Below, one piece after another: positions 49,833 through 59,661 of a DNA stretch of 64,000 bases. The DNA is taken from the NCBI GenBank assembly GCA_963663475.2, contig CAXXJV010000001.1, forward strand, positions 384,001 through 448,000, read 5' to 3'. Source of the DNA: Candidatus Cloacimonadales bacterium. GTDB taxonomy: Bacteria > Cloacimonadota > Cloacimonadia > Cloacimonadales > JAFGVF01. The notes beneath the pieces are model-generated. The model saw only the letters and a list, made by a program, of their open reading frames with translations, was not told the origin of the DNA and searched no databases. How positions within the stretch are numbered: the first letter of the stretch is position 1; each line of letters starts with the position of its first letter. The position numbers were made by a program, and so were the translations under genes.

Positions 49833-50312
49833 ATGGAAGCAAAAATTGTTGAATTACCTAAACTCTATTTTATTGGCTTAAAAGCACAACTAACTATGAA
49901 AGAAACAGACACTATTTGCCCTGCACTCTGGAGTGATTTAATGTCTCAATCCCAAGATTTAGATGGGAATGAGGAATTAATGTGCATAGCTGCTTGCCTA
50001 GCACCAGAGAATTGTGGAGAAAACGATACCTTTACTTATATGGCTGGTTTTGCTTCTGATAAAGCTATTCCTCCTCGCCCAGGCTTTATTTCTCATGAGA
50101 TTTCTGCCTGTACTTATGCTGTTTTTACCCATAAAGGTTCTGTTATGAACATGGGTGAAACTTATGATTATGCCTATAAAACATGGCTACCTAATAGTAA
50201 ATACCAAGTTAAGTGGCATGAAGATTTAGAACATTATGATAGCAGATTTAACCCTGAAAATAGTGAAAAATCTGAAATGGATATTTATATCCCAATTCAA
50301 GAAAAGAAATAA
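49833..50312 (+). CDS. GyrI-like small-molecule binding protein
   Basis: YAVFTHKG, Y..WLP.S.Y, E.Y, DIYIPI. Confidence 0.9.
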   Translation: MEAKIVELPKLYFIGLKAQLTMKETDTICPALWSDLMSQSQDLDGNEELMCIAACLAPENCGENDTFTYMAGFASDKAIPPRPGFISHEISACTYAVFTHKGSVMNMGETYDYAYKTWLPNSKYQVKWHEDLEHYDSRFNPENSEKSEMDIYIPIQEKK

Positions 50313-50349
50313 TATTTGGATCAAATCCAATAAAATACTAGATTTTTCC

Positions 50350-50442
50350 AACTCCAACCCCTTCATCTACTAAAAGAGAAATGTGCATTTCTTACTTAGT
50401 GGATTTAGTCCTCCTCCTCCCGAGGAGGATTAAGGGGTGATT
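50350..50442. repeat. Degenerate REP-like GC-rich hairpin element
   Basis: tcctcctcccgaggagga hairpin with flanking aacccctt/aaggggtg. Confidence 0.45.
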
Positions 50443-50648
50443 AAAGCTTTAACAACTAACACAGAGTTAACTTCCCTTTAAGAAGTGATGCCCATAGCAA
50501 TCTATTTATTCTTATCTAGTCAAGAATGAAAAGCTAAAAATTTCCCCAAAATTATCAAATTGTCATTATGCTAATTATGAGCATGATTTTCTCTTGACAC
50601 TATTCTCCTTAATTTTAAGCTAAAGAAAATTATTAAATAGAGGTAATA

Positions 50649-51875
50649 ATGATAGAATATTTAGAATCACTAGTACCAGCAAACTCTTTTTTACCTGGAT
50701 TAGTCAGAGCTTTTATTATCTTAATCTTAGCAGGTGTAATTTATCTATTTTCTAGATTAGCAATGAAGATTGTCCATAAGATTATTATAAAGAGTAAGGT
50801 AACTTGGGACGACTACATGATCAAGAGAAATGTCATTTCAAGCTTAGTTCCCATTCCTGCCCTTCTCTTTCTTTATCAATTTACTTCTTATTTTCACTAT
50901 AGTGGTAAGTTCCTAGCTAAGTTAGTGTCTTCCTTAGTTATCGTTGTAATGCTAATCTTCTTCAATAACCTGTTAACAGCTCTAAATGATATTTATAAAA
51001 GACTAGAGATCTCTCGAGGAAAATCTATCAAAGGCTTCATTCAAGTCTTCATGATAATTCTTTATATACTAGGTTTTCTAATAATCGTATCAATTTTCAT
51101 AAACACTAATCCTCTTGTTTTAATTAGTGGTTTAGGAGCTATGACAGCTGTATTAATGTTAATTTTTAAAGACACTATTCTCTCCTTTGTTGCCAGTGTG
51201 AGAATTACGACTAGTGATATTATTAAAATAGGTGATTGGTTAGAAGTACCAAAATTTGGAGCAGATGGTGATGTTGTCGACATATCACTCTATAATATCC
51301 AGATCCAGAATTGGGATAAAACTATTACTAACATACCTACCTATAAGTTAATTGATGATTCTTTTAAGAACTGGCGAGGTATGCAGGAAGCTGGTGGCCG
51401 TAGAATCATGAGAAAGATTGTCTTAGATATTTCAAGTGTTAAATTCTGTGATGACCAAATGCTTGCTAAATTCGAGAAAATTAACTATCTCAAGGATTAT
51501 ATTGAGCAAAAGAAAAAAGAATTAGCAGACTATAATCAGAAGCATAATATAGATGATTCTGTCCTTGTAAATGGTAGAAGAATGACTAATCTAGGTACTT
51601 TTAGAGCATATGTGGCTAACTACCTAAAACACCATCCATATGTCCATAAAGATCTGATCTTTCTAATCAGACAATTAGAAGCTGAAAAAGATGGTATCCC
51701 TCTCCAGATCTATGTCTTTGTTAATCAAACTGCCTGGGTTAAATATGAAGATATTCAGTCTGATATCTTTGACCATTTACTAGCTGTTGTTCCTGAGTTT
51801 GGACTTAGAATCTTCCAAAACCCTTCTAGCTATAATTTTGAAAAGATAGCAGAAAATCTCATTAAGGATAAATAA
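50649..51875 (+). CDS. Mechanosensitive channel, MscS family (YbdG-like)
   Basis: GLGAMTAVLMLIFKDTI, QNWDKT, FKNWRGM..GGRRI, TNLG.FR, QSDIFDH. Confidence 0.93.
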   Translation: MIEYLESLVPANSFLPGLVRAFIILILAGVIYLFSRLAMKIVHKIIIKSKVTWDDYMIKRNVISSLVPIPALLFLYQFTSYFHYSGKFLAKLVSSLVIVVMLIFFNNLLTALNDIYKRLEISRGKSIKGFIQVFMIILYILGFLIIVSIFINTNPLVLISGLGAMTAVLMLIFKDTILSFVASVRITTSDIIKIGDWLEVPKFGADGDVVDISLYNIQIQNWDKTITNIPTYKLIDDSFKNWRGMQEAGGRRIMRKIVLDISSVKFCDDQMLAKFEKINYLKDYIEQKKKELADYNQKHNIDDSVLVNGRRMTNLGTFRAYVANYLKHHPYVHKDLIFLIRQLEAEKDGIPLQIYVFVNQTAWVKYEDIQSDIFDHLLAVVPEFGLRIFQNPSSYNFEKIAENLIKDK

Positions 51876-52702
51876 TGAAGTTAAAAATCTTACTCCAAAA
51901 AGGTCAAGCTCAACTAGCAGACCATAAAATAGAAAATCCTGGTTTAAACATTGGACTTATCTTGCAGGAAGTTACTGGGATTAAAAGACTATCTATCCCC
52001 CTCCACTATGAGGATGAAGTCAACCCCAACCAGATAAAAACTATCACCGAGATGCTAGACAGAAGATGTAAGAATGAACCTTTGCAATATATCTTTGGCT
52101 ATACTGAATTTTACGGACATAAGATTCTTCTCAATCCCCAGGTTTTAATTCCCAGACCAGAAACTGAATACCTAATAGAAATAATTAAAAATACTCAGCT
52201 AAATCCCCAAAGAATATTAGATATTGGAACAGGTTCAGGAGCAATAGCCATTTCTTTGAAAGCCATCTTCCCCCATGCTCAGGTTGTGGGACTAGATATT
52301 TCACTGGAAGCCCTTAAATTAGCTAGAAAGAATGCTCAATTAAATGATCTAGAAATAGATTTTATCCAAGCTGATATCTATAAAGCTCAATTAGGAAAAT
52401 TTGATTTGCTTGTCTCTAATCCCCCCTATATCTCTCAAGAAGATTATGCAATTCTACCTGACGAAGTTAAAAGATTTGAACCTCAATTAGCCCTAGTTGG
52501 CCTAGAATCTGGTCTTTATTTTTACAGAAAGATTATCGAAATGAGCCATCTAATCCTAACTGATCAAGGACATATATTCTTTGAGATTGGTGAAAAACAA
52601 GGACTTGAAATTACTAATCTTGCCCAGAAATATAATTTTAAGCAAGTCAACATTATCCCAGATTTAGTTGGTAGAGACAGAATTATTAGCATGACAAACT
52701 AG
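51875..52702 (+). CDS. prmC: Release factor glutamine methyltransferase
   Basis: EPLQYI, VLIPRPETE, DIGTGSG, SNPPY. Confidence 0.96.
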   Translation: MKLKILLQKGQAQLADHKIENPGLNIGLILQEVTGIKRLSIPLHYEDEVNPNQIKTITEMLDRRCKNEPLQYIFGYTEFYGHKILLNPQVLIPRPETEYLIEIIKNTQLNPQRILDIGTGSGAIAISLKAIFPHAQVVGLDISLEALKLARKNAQLNDLEIDFIQADIYKAQLGKFDLLVSNPPYISQEDYAILPDEVKRFEPQLALVGLESGLYFYRKIIEMSHLILTDQGHIFFEIGEKQGLEITNLAQKYNFKQVNIIPDLVGRDRIISMTN

Positions 52703-52802
52703 TTGTTCACTATGCAATTCGTGAAATATGGGGATAGACTTCTTTGGCAAGTGACTACCTCTTGTAGTGGTTTGTCTCAGACAGTTTTAAAAAACTGCCT
52801 GT

Positions 52803-52873
52803 TGCGGACAAGCTAGTCGCATTCCCAGTTAAATTATTGAACTATTCTCAAAAGCCTACTCTACTGTTTGCGA
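52803..52873 (+). repeat. Degenerate REP arm (family C) followed by a MITE A right-end remnant
   Basis: tgcggacaagctagtcgcattcccagtt resembles 8767-8795; then ctattctcaaaagcctact. Confidence 0.6.
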
Positions 52874-52939
52874 TAATTCTTAACCAAATTTCAATTGACG
52901 TAATTTGCCTATATTTATGAAATGACATTGGGAGAAAAA

Positions 52940-55183
52940 ATGAAAACATCACACATAAATATCTGGATATTTGTCTTTTTAATAATATTTGGTTTATCAG
53001 TTCTATCAGCAGAAGAAATAGAAACATTGATAAATACAGGGGAAAAGGAGATTGAAAACTTAGCCCAGCTTAAGGAAATACTTTCAATAAATGCAAGTCT
53101 TGATGAAAATTTAAAGCAAGTGATTAATTTTGCCGACTCCCTTCTCTTTGACCAAAAAGCAGAAGAATCCCTTAATTTGCTAAAGGTTGCTCTTGCTGAT
53201 TCAATATTTGCAGACTATTCTAGCCAAAGGGAGCTTAAGTTTAAAATCTATGATATTTATTCCTACCAGTGGGATTTTTCTCAATCAATACCCAAAGTAC
53301 TAGAAATCTTTAAGGCAGATTCTCTCCACAATGATCTAGGCAGTATGGCCCACTCATCTCTCTGGGTAGCAACTACCTATTTAGATAATTACGACAATGA
53401 TAACTGTTTAAAATGGATTAACAAGAGCAAGTACTATGCAAGTCAAGCTGATTCTACTAGAATTTTAGCTTATCTAGCTATGTTAGAAGGTGATATTGCC
53501 TTAGTTAACAATAATACAAGCTTAGCTTTTGAACTCTACAAGCAAGCTGAAGCCTATACCCCTTCTTTTCCAGTTTCCAACACTGCTGCCCTAATTTACC
53601 TTAGTTTAGCTTCAATTTACACTAGTTTAGATCAACAAGATGCTACTGTTGAATATTATTCAAAAACAGCTGAAGTATATAATTCTTTAGAAGATTATGC
53701 AGGTGTTTCACTTGCCTATTATAATTTAGCTATTACTTATGGTAATATGAATAATTACCAAAAAGCCTTACATTACTCCCTGAAAAGTATTGATGTTTGC
53801 CTGCAAGAAGAAAACAAATTTGCAATTTCTGATATGCTAGTTTCCTGTTATGCTTTAACTTCACAGCTTTATGAAAGATTAGAAGATTGGGAAAACTCTC
53901 TCAAATATCTTAAATTATCAGATGAGATAGTTGAAGACAATACTGCTGTTAGTACTAGGATTGAAAAAACAAATCAATACATTCGTTTCTATACTAAATT
54001 AGATAATTATGACCAAGCCCTCCACTATGTAAAACTTGGAGATAGCTTAAAAACACAGCAACTTACCCCGTCTAATGAAAATGATTATCTGATAGCTAGA
54101 CTTAATTTTTATGAGACTTTTGGAGATTATGAAAAAGCAACTAGTATATCTAAACAGTTAATTACTAACATTAGAAAGACAAGCTCTCAAAAAATTTCAG
54201 ACCTTATTGCTGAACATGAGGCTGATAGGAACATTGACAAAATTAACCAAGAAAAACAAAAATTACTGCTGGATAATACTAAGAAAAATCTTACAATAGC
54301 TAATCAGTACAAGACTATTTACCTTGTTTTATCACTTATCTTATTAATCTCAACCCTAGCAATTATTATCTATCAAAGATATAAATCAAAGACTAAATTA
54401 GCAAGTTTACTTAATACAAAAGTTGAAGAGAGAACCAAAGAACTCAAGGAAGCTAATAGCAAACTCTTAGCTGAAATTGAAGACCACAGAGCAACTACTA
54501 ATCAGCTCGTCTTTGCTCAAAGACTTACAGGAGTTGGTGAAATAGCTTCTGGCTTAGCCCATGAAATCCGCAATCCATTAACTAATATCTTGGCTTCTAT
54601 TCAGATTCTTAAAACAAAATATGATATTGAAAATGATGAATTTACCAACATAATTATTAGAAATACTCAAAATGCTAATACTAGAGTCAATGAACTCCTC
54701 AATTACAGTCAGCCTATCGATTTTCATAAAGAAACTATTTCGCTTCACAGACTTATCAACGAAGTAATTAATCTTGCTAAGGGAAAACTAAATAAAGAAA
54801 ATATCAAGCTAAACTATTGCAATAATAGCAAGCAAGATCTTGTTTCAGTTGATAAAAAACAAATTTCTACCGTCTTTTTAAACTTAATATTAAATTCCAT
54901 AGATGCTATAAAATCGACTGATAAAGAAGGTTTAATTGAAATCACAAGCAGAGATGAATTCAACTTTGTTGTAGTTGAATTTACTGATAATGGTTGCGGA
55001 ATTAAAGCAAATATCATTTCTAAAATTTTCCAGCCTTTCTTCTCTAATAAAAAGGGTGGAACTGGCTTAGGGCTAAACTTGGCTCACAAAATCATCCATC
55101 AACATGGTGGTCTTATTAGCGTTAATAGTGAAGTTGAAGTAGCAACTACTTTTACTGTGAAATTACTAAATATTAAATCCTAA
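52940..55183 (+). CDS. TPR-containing membrane sensor histidine kinase
   Basis: Periplasmic TPRs, TM, LAHEIRNPL, NLILNS, DNGCG, GGTGLGL; start at ATG 52940 with GGGAG RBS. Confidence 0.93.
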   Translation: MKTSHINIWIFVFLIIFGLSVLSAEEIETLINTGEKEIENLAQLKEILSINASLDENLKQVINFADSLLFDQKAEESLNLLKVALADSIFADYSSQRELKFKIYDIYSYQWDFSQSIPKVLEIFKADSLHNDLGSMAHSSLWVATTYLDNYDNDNCLKWINKSKYYASQADSTRILAYLAMLEGDIALVNNNTSLAFELYKQAEAYTPSFPVSNTAALIYLSLASIYTSLDQQDATVEYYSKTAEVYNSLEDYAGVSLAYYNLAITYGNMNNYQKALHYSLKSIDVCLQEENKFAISDMLVSCYALTSQLYERLEDWENSLKYLKLSDEIVEDNTAVSTRIEKTNQYIRFYTKLDNYDQALHYVKLGDSLKTQQLTPSNENDYLIARLNFYETFGDYEKATSISKQLITNIRKTSSQKISDLIAEHEADRNIDKINQEKQKLLLDNTKKNLTIANQYKTIYLVLSLILLISTLAIIIYQRYKSKTKLASLLNTKVEERTKELKEANSKLLAEIEDHRATTNQLVFAQRLTGVGEIASGLAHEIRNPLTNILASIQILKTKYDIENDEFTNIIIRNTQNANTRVNELLNYSQPIDFHKETISLHRLINEVINLAKGKLNKENIKLNYCNNSKQDLVSVDKKQISTVFLNLILNSIDAIKSTDKEGLIEITSRDEFNFVVVEFTDNGCGIKANIISKIFQPFFSNKKGGTGLGLNLAHKIIHQHGGLISVNSEVEVATTFTVKLLNIKS

Positions 55184-55208
55184 AAAAAGAGCCTAAATAC
55201 TAGGCTCT
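55182..55208. terminator. Terminator hairpin between convergent genes
   Basis: agagccta/taggctct stem preceded by an A-run. Confidence 0.7.
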
Positions 55209-55257
55209 CAAATTTATCTAAATAGTGCAGATTCTGCTACTAGCAAAGGCCTACGCC

Positions 55258-55860
55258 TTATTTAGCTTGTATTTTTACTACATAATTTAACATTTGTTTA
55301 TCTGATTTATGAATATCAGGGCACATCCATTCTTCCAGAATTTCAAACCTAGGCTTGAGTAGTTTAACAATCTGTCTATGTTTGTAATAGCTAGAGAATA
55401 AGCCCTTATCATCAAAGTCCTGACCACTTCCCTCATATAAAGAGAAAAAGAAAACACCAGTAAATTGAATATTATCAATGAATTCCTGTAACTGTTCAAA
55501 AGTAAGATGTTGCATTGCTAGATTACAGAAGAGGTGTTTAATCTCATAATCTCTAATAAAAGAATTTACAAAATCAACATCAGAAAAATCTATATAAGCA
55601 AAAGGACAGGCAAACCTGCTCCCTATCCATTCATAAAATCCTAGGACATTATCAGAACCTTGAATGCTTCTACCCTGTCCAAAAATGTAAGTGAGATTAT
55701 TTCCAGAACCAGATCCAAGCTCCAATATCTTTTCCTTACCATCTACATATTTGAGAAATTTCTCTACCCCTTCCTGATGATAATTATTAAAAGTTTGGGC
55801 AATATAATCTACACATATTTCATCATATATTTCCATATTTTTATCAATATTTTTTCTCAT
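55258..55860 (-). CDS. Class I SAM-dependent methyltransferase
   Basis: ILELGSGSG motif I. Confidence 0.8.
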   Translation of the reverse strand: MRKNIDKNMEIYDEICVDYIAQTFNNYHQEGVEKFLKYVDGKEKILELGSGSGNNLTYIFGQGRSIQGSDNVLGFYEWIGSRFACPFAYIDFSDVDFVNSFIRDYEIKHLFCNLAMQHLTFEQLQEFIDNIQFTGVFFFSLYEGSGQDFDDKGLFSSYYKHRQIVKLLKPRFEILEEWMCPDIHKSDKQMLNYVVKIQAK

Positions 55861-55905
55861 TTTTTATCCTTATTTTTGCCTGCCAAGATAAGTCTTACTT
55901 AACAG

Positions 55906-57150
55906 CTATTTTTTTCCTATGATATCTCTAAAATTAAGAAGTAGATTTAGAACCATTCCTACAAGAGCCGCCAATCCTAAGCCTTCTAATTCAAAACTTC
56001 CATAGGCAAATTTAGCATTTCCTAAACCAATTACTAGCATTGAAGCTGAAATTATTAGTATCTTAGGATTAGAAAAATCAACTTTCGCATCAATCATATT
56101 TTTGATACCAATTGAAGAAATCATCCCAAATAGTAAGATAGAAATACCACCAATTACTGGTCCTGGTATTACCTTGATTAGCTCTGTAAATTTAGGGATG
56201 AAAGCTAAGATAATCGCAAACATGGCAGCAAATCTCATAATAATTGGATTGGTATTACCTGTGAGGGCTACAGCTCCAGTATTTTCACTATAAGTTGTTA
56301 AAACAGGTCCCCCCATGGCAGAAGATACACAACTTGCTACACCATCTCCAAATAAAGTTCTGTGAATACCTGGTTTGGTAAGAAAATCTTTCCCCGCAAC
56401 ATTACCAATAGCCAAAACATCGCCAAAATGCTCAACAATTGCAACTAAAGCAATTGGAACTGTTATTGATAAAGCATTAATGGAAAATTTTGGACTTGTT
56501 AAAGTAGGTAAACCAAACCAGTTAGCTTGCTGAACTGCTGACCAATCTATTAATCCAAAAATAGATGATACAAGAAAACCAAAAATTAAGGAAATTAAAA
56601 CTGGTAGCATGGATAAAAACTTCAAACCAATCTTTTCAAAATAAATTTTAACAAAGACTGATACAGCAAAAGTTGATAGAGCTAAAAGCCAGCAACCATT
56701 GGTTCCGATAGAGCTTTGTAAGTCAGGAGAATTACTTCCATTAGCATTTGCTATGGCAACTGGAGCTAAGATTAAGCCTATTAAGACAATCATCGGACCA
56801 GTTACCCAAGCAGGTAAGATTTTATGTAGAGATTCAATACTAATGAAATTTAATAATAAGCCAACTAACATAAACATAACCCCTGCTCCAAAAATACCTC
56901 CTAGAGCATAAGCCATTCCACTATTGGCTGAGATGGAAGTTATGGCTGCGATAAAGGCAAAAGAAGATCCTAAATATATTGGTACCATATTTTTGGTAAT
57001 CAGGTGAAAAAGTAAGGTTCCAATACCTGTCGCTAAAAGGGTAGCCCCTATATCCAATCCTGTTAACATTGGCACTAAAACAGTTGCTCCAAACATAACA
57101 AAGGTATGCTGTAAGCCCATTATTACATTTCTACTATTGATGTCTTTCAT
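55906..57150 (-). CDS. uraA: Uracil/xanthine permease (NCS2)
   Basis: GLQH..MFGATVLVP, YLGSSFAF, EH.GD, TTYSEN signature; start at ATG 57150. Confidence 0.9.
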   Translation of the reverse strand: MKDINSRNVIMGLQHTFVMFGATVLVPMLTGLDIGATLLATGIGTLLFHLITKNMVPIYLGSSFAFIAAITSISANSGMAYALGGIFGAGVMFMLVGLLLNFISIESLHKILPAWVTGPMIVLIGLILAPVAIANANGSNSPDLQSSIGTNGCWLLALSTFAVSVFVKIYFEKIGLKFLSMLPVLISLIFGFLVSSIFGLIDWSAVQQANWFGLPTLTSPKFSINALSITVPIALVAIVEHFGDVLAIGNVAGKDFLTKPGIHRTLFGDGVASCVSSAMGGPVLTTYSENTGAVALTGNTNPIIMRFAAMFAIILAFIPKFTELIKVIPGPVIGGISILLFGMISSIGIKNMIDAKVDFSNPKILIISASMLVIGLGNAKFAYGSFELEGLGLAALVGMVLNLLLNFRDIIGKK

Positions 57151-57402
57151 TATTGCTCCCAAATATTTTGTTTTTTATTTTTTTGGAATATCTGGAATTC
57201 TGTCAATTATTTTCGCTAAAAACTTATGCAAAAATGTGAAAACACCTTACAGGCAAGTCTGAAAAGAAGACTCTTATTTCTTTACGGTCTATTGGGATTA
57301 TATTAGGCCTTCATTAGCTTTTCATTAGCTTTAGCCCCAATAAGTCACATGATAGAGACCTTATACAAGGCCATTATACATTAGATTGTCAAAGGTCTAT
57401 TA

Positions 57403-57492
57403 TCCCGAATAGTGCAGTAGAGCTTTAGAGAAGAGTGCCTATTCTTTCAGCAAAATAGTGGTATTCTCAAAGATCTACTCCATTATTTGGGA
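57403..57492 (+). mobile_element. Short (90 bp) MITE family A copy
   Basis: tcccgaatagtgcagtagagcttt ... aaagatctactccattatttggga. Confidence 0.85.
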
Positions 57493-57501
57493 TTATTAAC
57501 T

Positions 57502-57963
57502 CTAGTCATCCTTGAACAAAGTTTGTAGCTTCTGGATAATCTGATTATAATGACTTCCTTGCCAATAGACTCTTCCGCACTTATGACAAATTTTAAAATC
57601 ATCATATATTTCAGCTACCTTTGCTGGGATTAGGTGGAGAATCTTAGCCTTGTCAATATCACTTAAAGGGTCATTATCTTCAGGGCATCTAGCGAATACA
57701 GACTCTTGGTCTAAGCTTAGGAAACTTTTTATTTCTGCTAATTGTTGGTCAAGCTGATTACTATGAATATAAATTCTAGCAAACTCCACAGGATGATTTA
57801 GAATTTCTTTACTTCTACTTACCACTATCCTATTTTCTTTCTTAGCCAGTCTTATCAAGTTCAAGAGAGAAATTGATTTTATTACTTTGGTATCATAACC
57901 CAATAATCTTAGCCATTTAGCTAATTTTTGAGCATCAACTGTTAGGATAAATTTCTTTTTCAT
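57502..57963 (-). CDS. Mut7-C RNase domain protein (PIN-like + zinc ribbon)
   Basis: LAKWLRLLGYDT, RC...N, C..CGRVYWQGSH. Confidence 0.9.
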   Translation of the reverse strand: MKKKFILTVDAQKLAKWLRLLGYDTKVIKSISLLNLIRLAKKENRIVVSRSKEILNHPVEFARIYIHSNQLDQQLAEIKSFLSLDQESVFARCPEDNDPLSDIDKAKILHLIPAKVAEIYDDFKICHKCGRVYWQGSHYNQIIQKLQTLFKDD

Positions 57964-57969
57964 TTTTGA

Positions 57970-58656
57970 TTAGTCTCTAGCATTTCTCAAAACAAGTAAT
58001 CTTACCACCTGCAATAATGCCATTAAAGCAGCAGCAACATAAGTAAGGGCAGCAGCCTTAAGCACCTTCTTAATTCCTGCCATTTCACTTTCTTCAACGA
58101 CTAATCCATCACCAAGTTGCTGAAATGCTCTTTGGGAAGCGTTAAATTCAACTGGTAATGTAGCCAATTGGAATAAAAAAGCTGCCAGAAAAAAGATGAT
58201 TCCCAGATTCATGAGCATAGGAGTATTGAAAAGAAATCCAATGAAAAATAAAGGTAAAGCTGCACTTGAACCAAACCTAGCCATTGGGAATATTGAGTGT
58301 CTTATCTTAAGAGGAAGATATCCATGGGCATGCTGAATAGCATGACCAACTTCATGAGCAGCGATAGCTAACGCTGAGATAGTTTGCCCGTAATAAATAT
58401 CACTTGAAAGCTTAACTTCTTTTTTTCTAGGGTCATAGTGGTCTGTTAATTCTCCCTCAAGAGCTAAAACTTGCACATCATAAATACCATTCTTTTGTAG
58501 GATATGCTGAGCAACTTCAGCACCTGTCATACCAATATTGTTTGGTATTTTTTTATATTTACTGTAATTACTTTTTACTAAAGAATTAGCCCATAAAGCT
58601 AATATTATAGCTGGAATGATTATTATTATGCTAGGATCATAAAAGAACATAATCAT
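57970..58656 (-). CDS. Neutral zinc metallopeptidase (YugP-like)
   Basis: LTDHYDP, AAHEVGHAIQ, TLPVEFNAS.RA, AALTYVA. Confidence 0.93.
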   Translation of the reverse strand: MIMFFYDPSIIIIIPAIILALWANSLVKSNYSKYKKIPNNIGMTGAEVAQHILQKNGIYDVQVLALEGELTDHYDPRKKEVKLSSDIYYGQTISALAIAAHEVGHAIQHAHGYLPLKIRHSIFPMARFGSSAALPLFFIGFLFNTPMLMNLGIIFFLAAFLFQLATLPVEFNASQRAFQQLGDGLVVEESEMAGIKKVLKAAALTYVAAALMALLQVVRLLVLRNARD

Positions 58657-59134
58657 TTCTCCTTTTTTGTTTTTTTAGCAATCATAAGAATGCCTTGCTA
58701 ATTTGTCAATATATTTTTTTATTTAAACCTAGAAGAGCAGTAGAGACTCTTCAACCATCAAGCCACCTTCTTCAATAGTTTATCCTTAAAGAAGTCAACA
58801 ATATTGCCCTTCTTTAGGTTTTCTTGACATTTTATCAGGATTGCTTTTAGTTAAGATTGCCACTTCAGTCGGACGGTGGAGATTCTCTTCCCACTAAGCC
58901 GTAAGCTTAAATCCCAGAGTGATGAAAATATTATAGGCAGTCGTCGCAAGACACTGTTGTTACGGAGACCAATGAAATCTTAGTCCTAGAGGAGCGACAA
59001 TATTCATTTCGCATTTTTATTTATTTCTATTATGTCTATTATTAGGTGTCTAAAAACTGGCAAAATAAGCTTTAAGCTAAACCCTCTTTTTATTTTTTTG
59101 CTTATAGTAAACATTCGACAAGATCAAATAGAAG

Positions 59135-59441
59135 TAGCCAGCAGGTTCACTGGCTAGGCCCCGTAACCACTTGGCATCTGCGTAACCGCGGGCTGGAATC
59201 CCGCGACCCAAAGACGGGTATGGCTTCCACTCCATAAAAAAGGTCTCAGAGGAAGAATGGGCAAGTAAGAATGCTTATCGACTGGAGCAGACCAGAGTTC
59301 CTCAACCGTAGGTAAGGGACTTCGGACTGAGTGTGATGGCATCTTGCCATCAGATTTGTGGAAGCAGGGATGCTTATGGACTGATGGCATCTTGCCATCA
59401 GATTTGTGGAAGCAGGGATGCTTCCACTCCATAGGCCCCGT
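59135..59441. repeat. GC-rich cluster of REP-like hairpins with a 42-bp tandem duplication
   Basis: tgatggcatcttgccatcagatttgtggaagcagggatgctt at 59334-59375 and 59382-59423; cgcgggctggaatcccgcg; tagccag..ctggcta. Confidence 0.85.
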
Positions 59442-59447
59442 CTCTCT

Positions 59448-59536
59448 CTTACCATCCTTAATCCTTCCTTTACAGTCTTTCGATGAAAGTCCCAGTTTCA
59501 TCGAAAGACTGTAAAGGAAGGGTAATGGATGGTAAG
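59448..59536. repeat. Long palindrome family B, copy 3 (longest arms)
   Basis: cttaccatccttaatccttcctttacagtctttcgatgaaa-gtcccag-tttcatcgaaagactgtaaaggaagggtaatggatggtaag. Confidence 0.9.
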
Positions 59537-59547
59537 GGTATTGATAA

Positions 59548-59605
59548 GCCCAAATAATGCAGTAGAAGGTTGAGCTATTGCATAAATTCTACTGCACTAT
59601 TTAGC
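59548..59605 (-). repeat. Minimal MITE family A copy (ends only, apparently inverted)
   Basis: cccaaataatgcagtagaa ... ttctactgcactattt. Confidence 0.7.
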
Positions 59606-59661
59606 CTAAAATTATAAGCTGGCAGAGCCAGCTCACAATTCAAGTATTTTAAAGATGCATA

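Noticed and set aside
57163-57400. PyrR attenuator upstream of uraA
   Set aside because: No PyrR-binding loop consensus or terminator seen; the -35 lies only ~55 nt from the start codon
58861-58910. ZTP (pfl) riboswitch suggested by gtgga..ccac
   Set aside because: Lacks the downstream CGxCTGGGC pseudoknot element, and no same-strand gene follows
59334-59423. Possible CRISPR array
   Set aside because: Only two units with a 6-bp spacer, and no cas genes in the window
59154-59501. 115-aa and 69-aa ORFs with a repeated peptide (KHPCFHKSDGKMPS)
   Set aside because: The peptide repeat is a translation of the 42-bp DNA duplication; the region is built from palindromic repeats and has atypical composition
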